The translations under genes and the position numbers were made by a program. DNA of 58,769 bases, taken from an uncultured Clostridia bacterium. GTDB taxonomy: Bacteria; Bacillota; Clostridia; Christensenellales; UBA1242. The stretch spans positions 1 to 58,769 of the forward strand of contig CAMVKM010000001.1 of assembly GCA_947168085.1 (NCBI GenBank), given 5' to 3'. Below are positions 39,233 to 46,281 of this stretch, one piece after another. The notes beneath the pieces are model-generated. The model was not told where the DNA came from, did no database searches, and worked only from the letters and a program-made list of their open reading frames with translations. The stretch's first letter is position 1. Each line of letters opens with the position of its first letter.

Positions 39233-39590
39233 CTAAAAATAACTATTTTTAAAAGAAAACACCAAAAAAAGTTGCATTTTCTGCATTATTTTTAACACAA
39301 AACCCCAATTTTTTGTTTTTTTCATGTTTTTTTAACATTTTTTTGCTTTTTTTGCGTCAGTTTTTTGCAAAATACAAAAATTTTGGTTGTTTTTTAATGT
39401 TTTCACAAAAAATTAGCATGATTTTTAGTGATTTTCGCCAAAATGCGAAAAACATAACAAAAAACCGCACTTTTAATTAAAAAACATTGATTTTAACAAA
39501 AATGTGGTTTTGACAGTAAAACAGAAAATGTAATTTGTTTTCTTGATTCTTTTGTTTTTTCTTTGCTAAATTAAATTATGTTTCACGCAA

Positions 39591-39621
39591 AAACAAAAAA
39601 GAGAGCAAAAAACTCTCTTTT
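39591..39621 (-). terminator. rho-independent terminator of the metal-binding lipoprotein gene
   Basis: Stem AGAGAG 39600-39605 / CTCTCT 39613-39618 with a 7-nt loop. On the minus strand a T-run follows. A second imperfect hairpin lies at 39631-39663. Confidence 0.6.
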
Positions 39622-39673
39622 GTTTTGCACAGCAAAGTTTGTTTAAAACAAAACTTTTGCGTGTCATCAAATT

Positions 39674-40672
39674 TTAGCCAAGGTAAGCAAGGGCTGTTTT
39701 TAAAACATTTAGGTTAGCATTCATGATTGCAAAAAAACTTGCGCCGGCGTCAATGTCGGCTTGTCTTACTCCCTGAATTGAATTAAGCTCTAAAATGTTT
39801 TCAATGTTTTGTGTGGATGTGTTTTTTACTGAATTTGCAAGGTCATAGTTTCCGCCTTCCAAAATCAAAATTGTGTCAAGCCCTTGTTCATTGGCAAAAT
39901 TTGCAAGGTCAGTTGTAAGTTTTAGGCTTGCACTGGTTTCAGCAGAACACCCAGAAAATGCTGCCATGTGATTTAAGTTCATGTCACGAACAAGATAAGC
40001 AAATGGAAAACGATCAGCAACAAGCAAACTTGCAGTTTTTCCTTGAGTTGATGCCTTTTGATTTGCTGAAGTTGAAAGGCTGTCATATTCTTGCTTTAAG
40101 CCTTCAAGTTTTTGATTGTAATTTGTTGCATTTTGTTGAAATAGGTTTGCTTCTTGCGCATTTACTTCAGAAAAAACTTCAGAAATTTTTGAAACAAACA
40201 ATTTTGCATTTACAAGACTAAGCCAAACATGTTCGTCAAACTCATCTTCTTCACCATCTTCCAAAATTGCCATGTTTTCATCTTTTAAGATGTCTAGAAG
40301 ATTTATTACAACCATGTTTTTGTTAACTCCACCTGCAGAAAGCAAAGTTTCAACAGCTTCCTCACTTTCTCCGCCACAAAAAATCAAAATGTCACAATTT
40401 TTAATTTTGTAAGTATCACTAAAATTTGGTGATGTTGAAAAATAACTGTGCAAATCACTTCCGTTTTTTACAATTAAATCAATGTCCATGTTGTTTGATC
40501 CTTTCGCTATTGCTCTAGCCCAATCATATTGAGGAAAGACCGTGCAAACAACATGAATTTTTCCATCATCTTGAGTTTTGCAAGCACTAAAACACACGCA
40601 AAAACCACAGGCAAAAAGCATTAAACACAAAACAGCCAGCAATTTTGTTAATTTCTTGGAAAATCTCACCAT
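39674..40672 (-). CDS. ZnuA/TroA-family metal (Zn/Mn) ABC-transporter substrate-binding lipoprotein
   Basis: Start taken at ATG 40672 behind AAGGAA. Lipobox ...CFSAC. Motifs ...DLHSY..., acidic loop EDGEEDEFDEHVWLS, ...LLVADRFPFAYL.... No cognate permease or ATPase gene is adjacent. Confidence 0.85.
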   Translation of the reverse strand: MVRFSKKLTKLLAVLCLMLFACGFCVCFSACKTQDDGKIHVVCTVFPQYDWARAIAKGSNNMDIDLIVKNGSDLHSYFSTSPNFSDTYKIKNCDILIFCGGESEEAVETLLSAGGVNKNMVVINLLDILKDENMAILEDGEEDEFDEHVWLSLVNAKLFVSKISEVFSEVNAQEANLFQQNATNYNQKLEGLKQEYDSLSTSANQKASTQGKTASLLVADRFPFAYLVRDMNLNHMAAFSGCSAETSASLKLTTDLANFANEQGLDTILILEGGNYDLANSVKNTSTQNIENILELNSIQGVRQADIDAGASFFAIMNANLNVLKTALAYLG

Positions 40673-40692
40673 AATAACACTTCCTTTTGTTT

Positions 40693-40706
40693 TAATTTGC
40701 AAATTA
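40693..40706. promoter_or_regulatory. perfect 14-bp palindrome TAATTTGCAAATTA between the -10 and the RBS of the metal-binding lipoprotein gene (candidate operator)
   Basis: Read directly from the sequence. The position suits a roadblock-type repressor site. Confidence 0.35.
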
Positions 40707-40713
40707 TTCTCAA

Positions 40714-40742
40714 ATTGTAACACATTTTTGCTGTTTTGTCAA
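40714..40742 (-). promoter_or_regulatory. sigma-A-type promoter with extended -10 for the metal-binding lipoprotein gene
   Basis: On the minus strand: TTGACA (40742-40737), 17-nt spacer, TGtTACAAT (-10 at 40719-40714). Confidence 0.6.
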
Positions 40743-40745
40743 TAC

Positions 40746-40768
40746 AAATTGCAAAACTTTTGCAATTT
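40746..40768. promoter_or_regulatory. perfect 11-1-11 palindrome AAATTGCAAAA-C-TTTTGCAATTT just upstream of the -35 (candidate regulator site)
   Basis: Read directly from the sequence. It shares the TTGCAA core with the 40693-40706 palindrome. Confidence 0.35.
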
Positions 40769-40904
40769 TGGTTAGTTTTTCCACTTTTCCACACTTAAGC
40801 ATAAAAAACAATTCACAAGATTCACAACAAAAATGTTTTTTGTAAAAAAACAAAATTTAAAACAACACAAACACAACACAACTTTTTTATTTTGAAAAAA
40901 TTTG

Positions 40905-40933
40905 TTGCAAAAAATGAATTTTTATGTTAAAAT
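40905..40933 (+). promoter_or_regulatory. sigma-A-type promoter with extended -10 upstream of tRNA-Ser
   Basis: TTGCAA 40905-40910, 17-nt spacer, TGtTAAAAT (-10 at 40928-40933). The tRNA starts at 40973. Confidence 0.6.
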
Positions 40934-40972
40934 AAGCGTGTTAATTTAATCTTATTAAATTTTTTAAAGCAT

Positions 40973-41060
40973 GGACAGGTGGTCGAGTGGTTTAAGGCAC
41001 ACGCTTGGAAAGCGTGCGATGTGAAAGCATCCGTAGGTTCAAATCCTATCCTGTCCGCCA
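40973..41060 (+). tRNA. tRNA-Ser, anticodon GGA, type II (long variable arm), CCA encoded
   Basis: Acceptor GGACAGG/CCTGTCC, discriminator G and CCA. Anticodon stem CACGC/GCGTG with loop TTGGAAA. Long variable arm, and T-loop GGTTCAAATCC. Confidence 0.95.
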
Positions 41061-42137
41061 ATGAAAGAAAAAGTTAAGTTTAGTTTGTTAATAGCAGTTT
41101 GCATTGTAGTTGGTTTGGCATTTAGCGTTTTTTCGATTGCCTATTTTTTGTTGTTGCATCACTATTCCGGAAAAAATGTTGATTACATTTGGCAAGAAAC
41201 TGATGAATTTTGCATTGAAAACATAAAAACAGTTGAAAAAAATGCTGATGAGGATTTTGTTATTTTAAATCTTGCTGATGTGCAAATGTGTGACCTTGAA
41301 GACATTTTGCATTTTAACACCATAAAAGCTGAAATTGACTTTTTGATTAAAACCACAAAACCAAATTTGATAACCCTTTCTGGTGACCAAACTTGGAGCA
41401 ATGAAAATTTGATTTGCTTAATGCTTTTGGTTAACCTTTTGGAAAGCTACAAAATTCCTTGGGCACCAGTGTTTGGAAATCACGATTATGGCAACGAAGG
41501 ATGCACAGCTGTTGCTGGAAAAAATGTTTGTTGTGATATTTATGAAAGAGCTCCGCATTGCTTGTTTTCACGTGGACCAACAAACTTAAATTCTTTGGGC
41601 AACTATGTTTTTAATATCACCGAAAACGGCAAAATTTTGAAAACGGTTTTTATGCTTGACTCGGGCTATGAACAAAAAATTTCAAATGAACAAATTGCAT
41701 GGCTAAAATGGAACGCAAATGGCATAAAAATTGCAAATGGCGGGGTTGCACCCGAAGGCATGTGCTTTTTGCACAAACCACTTCCAGAATTTAGAACTGC
41801 TTATGTTCACTATCTCTATGACTATGGTGATGTTACACAAATTAGCGAAGATGTTCAGGTTTTTTACAGCCTTAATGGCTCAGAGCAAAATGGTGCTTTT
41901 GATGCTTTAAAAACATGCAACGTTAAAGACATTGTTTGCGGACATCAACACGGCAACAATTTCACTTTAAGTTATCAAGATGTGCGCCTTACGTTTGCCC
42001 TTAAAACTGGCGAACTTGGTGGTTTTGTGCAAAACGAAGATGTTTACCTTAATGGCGCAACATTTTTTACAATTTCAAATTTACAAACAAGCGTTGCAAA
42101 CCTAAGAGTTAACCCAAACCAATTTAAAATAAAATAA
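41061..42137 (+). CDS. membrane-anchored calcineurin-like metallophosphoesterase
   Basis: N-terminal TM helix, then the motifs ...SGDQTW..., ...FGNHDYG... and ...CGHQHGNN.... The ATG directly follows the tRNA CCA and there is no SD. Confidence 0.8.
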   Translation: MKEKVKFSLLIAVCIVVGLAFSVFSIAYFLLLHHYSGKNVDYIWQETDEFCIENIKTVEKNADEDFVILNLADVQMCDLEDILHFNTIKAEIDFLIKTTKPNLITLSGDQTWSNENLICLMLLVNLLESYKIPWAPVFGNHDYGNEGCTAVAGKNVCCDIYERAPHCLFSRGPTNLNSLGNYVFNITENGKILKTVFMLDSGYEQKISNEQIAWLKWNANGIKIANGGVAPEGMCFLHKPLPEFRTAYVHYLYDYGDVTQISEDVQVFYSLNGSEQNGAFDALKTCNVKDIVCGHQHGNNFTLSYQDVRLTFALKTGELGGFVQNEDVYLNGATFFTISNLQTSVANLRVNPNQFKIK

Positions 42138-42144
42138 AATAAAA

Positions 42145-42178
42145 TAAAAAAAGATTGGATAAAATCCAATCTTTTTTG
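42145..42178. terminator. bidirectional rho-independent terminator
   Basis: A-run, stem AGATTGGAT 42152-42160 / ATCCAATCT 42164-42172, loop AAA, T-run. It lies between convergent genes. Confidence 0.7.
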
Positions 42179-42179
42179 T

Positions 42180-45100
42180 TTAGTTTGTAATTTTGTGGAA
42201 TCCACCCAACAAAACCGCCATTCCGTTGTAGATGAATGCGTTAAGGTGACTTTCGCCATTTTCATCTTCTGGAATGTTGTCCATGTTTGGAGTTAGATCA
42301 ATATGTGGAATCGAAAGAACAACATCTTCATAAACATAGTCTAGTGTGAAATCTCTAATCCAATCATTTGCTCCAAGCATTGCTAAGCTTCCGTTTTGAG
42401 TTTGTGTTAGGAATGATTTAAGTTCACCAGCATCAAGAGTTCCCATTGTTTGAGCAATAAACAAAATAAATTGTTGCGCTGCGGCCGTAAGACTTTCATC
42501 AGTAAATGCTCCTGCGGCTTCCAACATTTCTTCTGTTAGTTGTTCTGCCGCAAAAGCCTTTGCTGCGTTTTGAACACCTTCCGTTTCAATATATTCTTTA
42601 GCTTCTTGTTCTGCTTGTTCTTCAGTTTTGCCGCCGTCAATCAATTCTTGTTTTTTTGTTGCTTTTACTTGATCTAAATAAGCTTCTTTAATTGGTTTTC
42701 TTTGATTTGCAATCACAAGTTCTTTAACTTTTGCTTTTCCTTCTGGTGTTGCGATGTCAAAGTAAGATGCAAGAGCTGGACCAACTCTACCTAAAATTCC
42801 CTGTATTTTTGATTGTGTGGACGCATCAAGACAAGGATGAGTTTCTGCATTTTCGTCATAGTCATAGTAGAATTTTCCCCGAACAGCAGAACTGCCCAAA
42901 CTTGTTGTGTCATCTTTAAAAAGTGCAATAAGGTTAAGACATTGATGTCCTTCAATTTCTTTTAGATAGGTGTAAGAATCTGCTGCACCTGTTACTGGAG
43001 CACTATAAAGTTGCGCCATTGTAACAATTGTCAAAGCTAGCATTTGTGCCATTGAAGGAGCGCCTGGATTTTCTGCGTCACGACCAAATGAACCAAACCA
43101 TGGTTCACCACCATAAACATAACTTTCAAGTGTTGAACCTTTTTCATAAACAAAGATTGGGCGACCTTTGTTTTCCATGCCAGCGTAAGACTGATTTGAT
43201 TTTCCGTGGTCACAAATCATAACCGGACCACCACAACCAATCATAATGCTGTCTTCAATTTCAACTTTTCCTGTGCTTTGGAAGTAAAGAAGTGTGTTGT
43301 AGTTGTCAAATGCTGCAACATTTTTAAATTTTGCCATTGTAACAAGATCTGCTTCATCTTGTGTGAGGTCAACATTTTCATCCATTCCCCTAATCATGTA
43401 GGTTATGTAAAAACTTTGACTGAAATCGTTTACAAATTCAGAAATAATGTTACGGTTTTTAAAACCTATTAGTCCACCAGAAAATGATGTGTCTTCTGAT
43501 TTTTGTGAGTTTCCAAAGAACGCTGTGTTTTGAATAACACATTTTGCTGTTGTATCTAAAGCTTTTGTTGTGTCGGTTGGATATGCTGGATCTGGAATTC
43601 TTTGAACCATTGCCTCACATCCAAACAAACTTGAAAGTCCCAAAATTGGGTCAGCACCTTGTTGTGGAACTGGAGATGTGTCTTCACTAACCATTAAAGG
43701 AAGTCCGTGAATGTAATCACCTGTTTGTTCATTATATTTTAAACTGATGTCAATGTTAAAGTAGTTTCCTTCAAAAACAAAGGTTTCGTCTTCATTAACT
43801 GCACGACGATAAATAATTCCAAATTTTGCTTCATCACTGTTGTCATTTAAATCTGAAGCGTTGTGTCCATAACCAATATCCCAGTTTTTAAGGTGCCCTT
43901 TTGTGCCAGGCTTGCCTTCATCACCCCAAATGTGTGATGCTGGAATGTCACTTGTTGTAAGTGTTAAGTTTTTGTGCAAAATAAGTTTGTTTGCTGAAAC
44001 ATTCAAAAGTCCGTGTTCTGTTTTAAAGTTTGTCCATTTTCCACCAGAGTTAACGTTATCAAAAACTGAAAGCTGTGCCGCATTTTGAATGTTGTAACCA
44101 TTTGTAACAAAAACTTGTGCACTAGCCGAGAAAGAACCACTTGAAATTGTTATTCTAAATTCATTGTCTTCAGCTGCTTTAGTGAATTGAAATTCGTGAG
44201 TGTAGTTGTTAAAAGAAACAAGTGTTTGATCATTTGTTACATCAACAAAGTTTTCACCAACTTTTTGTTCAACTTTCACGGTTGCAACAAATTGTGTTGT
44301 TTGTGTTGTTCTGCCGGTGCTTCTGTCATAACCAGAAACAATTGGAAGATAGAAATATGAGTTGTCTGTTCCAACATAATATTTTGCATTTTCTGTAACC
44401 ATAAAACCTTTGTGTCCATTACTTCCGGTTTTGTCAAAAGTGTTTTGGTTTGTTTTGTTTGTTTCAAAATCAGAGTAGTTTGTGTCTTGATACATTGCTG
44501 AAACCCTAACATCACTAACAACTCTAACAACCACTGGATCAGATGTTACATTTCCAAGTGTTGCTGTAAGGTTTTTCTCTCCAACTGTGCTTGTGTCAAT
44601 GTCACTAAACTCAAGGTTTGGTTCACTTGATTTTAAAAGAATTTTTGTTAGTGGGTCGCCGTCAAGGTCATTACCCTCGTAAGTTGCAACAACTTTTACA
44701 TTTGCTGTGCTGTATGATGAGTTTAAGTTTACTTGTTTTACAACTGTTTCTTCATCAATTTCAAGACTTAAAACATCCCCAAAAACTTTGATGATTTGTT
44801 CACTGTAAACTGAGCCGTCTTGTATTGACTCAAAAACAACTCTCTGTTCACCAGGAGAACTTATGCCAAGCCCTGTAACTATGTAGCCATCAACATCATC
44901 TTTGTCTTTTGTTAAAACAATCATTTCACCATCAGCTCTTTCCCCTGTTACAACAACACGAGAAAAATCAATTTCGGTGTTTGCTTTAATTTCTGTTGGA
45001 AAATTAGAAACACTAACGATATTTACAATTTTGTTTTCAAAAACATAAACTTTTGCTGTTGTTGAAACACCAGAGTAGCTAACAACAAGTTCACGATATT

Positions 45101-45650
45101 CTTTTCCATCTGGATCGAACTTTTGTTCATCCTTTTTAAAGTTGATTGTTAAACTTGATGTGGCAACATCAATTTGATAATCTTCAGTGGCAATGTACTC
45201 ATAACTTGCAACAGCAACTATGTGCGAAGTGTCATAAGTGTCAAGTTCGTCTTCCAAAATCTTTGATTTAAAACTGTCTGCTCTTAAATCGAGTGATTTT
45301 AGGTTACCATAAACTTTTACTTTAACAACTGGAGTTGTAAAAAGTTTTCCATCAACAGTTATGCTTGCGGAAAGATCTGTTTCACCCAAAGTTGAGGTGT
45401 TTATTTGAGAAAAAGTGAATTCTCCGTCAAGTTTTGCATCTGCCTTTTTAACATATTTGGCATAAACCTCAATGTTTGATGTGTCATAATTGCTGTCTTT
45501 TACTACAGCTGTGGCATAAGTGCCATCTTTTATGTAAATGCTTTGAATTGCGTCGTCACTTGGATTTTCACCACAAGCTGTGAAAACTGCCATAAACAAA
45601 CACAAAAACAAAAAAGCAAAAATTGAGCTTAGGCTCTTTGTTTTGGACAT
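42180..45650 (-). CDS. large (1,156 aa) lipoprotein of unknown function: N-terminal Ig-like modules, central beta-helix-like region, C-terminal helical region
   Basis: AAGGAG RBS. Lipobox LFMAVFTAC-G. About four ~100-aa modules end in VKVYG / KVYVF / IKVFG / VRVVS. The central region contains FSGGLIGF (GLUG-like). The C-terminus is rich in E/K/A. Confidence 0.85.
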   Translation of the reverse strand: MSKTKSLSSIFAFLFLCLFMAVFTACGENPSDDAIQSIYIKDGTYATAVVKDSNYDTSNIEVYAKYVKKADAKLDGEFTFSQINTSTLGETDLSASITVDGKLFTTPVVKVKVYGNLKSLDLRADSFKSKILEDELDTYDTSHIVAVASYEYIATEDYQIDVATSSLTINFKKDEQKFDPDGKEYRELVVSYSGVSTTAKVYVFENKIVNIVSVSNFPTEIKANTEIDFSRVVVTGERADGEMIVLTKDKDDVDGYIVTGLGISSPGEQRVVFESIQDGSVYSEQIIKVFGDVLSLEIDEETVVKQVNLNSSYSTANVKVVATYEGNDLDGDPLTKILLKSSEPNLEFSDIDTSTVGEKNLTATLGNVTSDPVVVRVVSDVRVSAMYQDTNYSDFETNKTNQNTFDKTGSNGHKGFMVTENAKYYVGTDNSYFYLPIVSGYDRSTGRTTQTTQFVATVKVEQKVGENFVDVTNDQTLVSFNNYTHEFQFTKAAEDNEFRITISSGSFSASAQVFVTNGYNIQNAAQLSVFDNVNSGGKWTNFKTEHGLLNVSANKLILHKNLTLTTSDIPASHIWGDEGKPGTKGHLKNWDIGYGHNASDLNDNSDEAKFGIIYRRAVNEDETFVFEGNYFNIDISLKYNEQTGDYIHGLPLMVSEDTSPVPQQGADPILGLSSLFGCEAMVQRIPDPAYPTDTTKALDTTAKCVIQNTAFFGNSQKSEDTSFSGGLIGFKNRNIISEFVNDFSQSFYITYMIRGMDENVDLTQDEADLVTMAKFKNVAAFDNYNTLLYFQSTGKVEIEDSIMIGCGGPVMICDHGKSNQSYAGMENKGRPIFVYEKGSTLESYVYGGEPWFGSFGRDAENPGAPSMAQMLALTIVTMAQLYSAPVTGAADSYTYLKEIEGHQCLNLIALFKDDTTSLGSSAVRGKFYYDYDENAETHPCLDASTQSKIQGILGRVGPALASYFDIATPEGKAKVKELVIANQRKPIKEAYLDQVKATKKQELIDGGKTEEQAEQEAKEYIETEGVQNAAKAFAAEQLTEEMLEAAGAFTDESLTAAAQQFILFIAQTMGTLDAGELKSFLTQTQNGSLAMLGANDWIRDFTLDYVYEDVVLSIPHIDLTPNMDNIPEDENGESHLNAFIYNGMAVLLGGFHKITN

Positions 45651-45697
45651 AAAAATTTCTCCTTTGTTCTTTGTTTAGTTTTTGCTAAACTTGTAAA

Positions 45698-45726
45698 AGT
45701 ATACCACAAAAAAAATGTTTGCGCAA
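45698..45726 (-). promoter_or_regulatory. candidate internal promoter for the 1,156-aa lipoprotein gene
   Basis: On the minus strand: TTGCGC (45726-45721), 17-nt spacer, TGgTATACT (-10 at 45703-45698). The -35 lies inside the terminator stem. Confidence 0.4.
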
Positions 45727-45743
45727 CCAAATTACGCAAACAT
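45708..45743 (-). terminator. rho-independent terminator between the 175-aa gene and the lipoprotein gene
   Basis: On the minus strand: ATGTTTGCG (45743-45735), 11-nt loop, CGCAAACAT (45723-45715), then T7 (45714-45708). Confidence 0.6.
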
Positions 45744-45751
45744 TTTAAACA

Positions 45752-46279
45752 TTATCTTTCAAAGTTTATCACTGTTATCCAAACAACTGCAGAAGATCCA
45801 TTTCTTGAACTGTTTTCTGGTGAAATAGTAAGTTTAAACGCAAAAAGTTCAGCCTCTTCACTTGTTCCAGGATCATTTATCACCAGTTGCCCGCGGTCAA
45901 ATGACACCACACCGCTTTCCTGAAAATGCTTCATGTTGTCATCGGGAATAAATTTTATTTTTTCTTCAGTTGACGCAACATCTCCACTCATGTATTTTAC
46001 ATGTGGCAAAATGGTAAGTGGCAAATACTTGTCACCTTCATAAACAAGGTGTTCATCATAAAAGTAAATTTGAAGTTCATATTCGTTGTTTGCTCCTGGT
46101 TCGGTTTTTTCTTTCTCAAAAATGTCAAACATTTCAGTTTTTTCCGCTTCAATTTTAACCGTTATTTCATCAACATATTTAACTTTGTCCACCACTTTCA
46201 CAGAAAGGCCAAAAAAGCCTACCCAAAAAATAGACACTAAGTAAAGTATTACAATAATGGCAATTGTCGTTTTACTCAT
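45752..46279 (-). CDS. small N-terminally anchored extracytoplasmic protein (175 aa), unknown function
   Basis: One TM helix (IAIIVILYLVSIFWVGFFGL) and then a beta-rich domain. AAGGAAA RBS lies inside the end of the upstream gene, 2 nt after its stop. Confidence 0.75.
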   Translation of the reverse strand: MSKTTIAIIVILYLVSIFWVGFFGLSVKVVDKVKYVDEITVKIEAEKTEMFDIFEKEKTEPGANNEYELQIYFYDEHLVYEGDKYLPLTILPHVKYMSGDVASTEEKIKFIPDDNMKHFQESGVVSFDRGQLVINDPGTSEEAELFAFKLTISPENSSRNGSSAVVWITVINFER

Positions 46280-46281
46280 AA

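Noticed and set aside
38684-39590. A known structured RNA (riboswitch, T-box, SRP RNA, RNase P, tmRNA, 6S) or an invertible promoter in the giant-gene leader.
   Set aside because: I could not find any diagnostic conserved motif of these classes. No long inverted repeats flank a promoter-sized segment, and no recombinase gene is nearby. It is reported only as an unexplained leader.
40973-41060. tRNA-Ser as the integration site of a genomic island or prophage.
   Set aside because: No integrase, recombinase or phage gene is in the window. I did not find a direct repeat of the tRNA 3' end by eye, though I could not search exhaustively.
42126-42145. The (AAAAT)x4 microsatellite spanning the stop codon of the phosphoesterase gene, considered as a phase-variation switch.
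   Set aside because: It lies at the very last codons. Slippage would only replace or extend the C-terminal few residues and would not switch the gene on or off.
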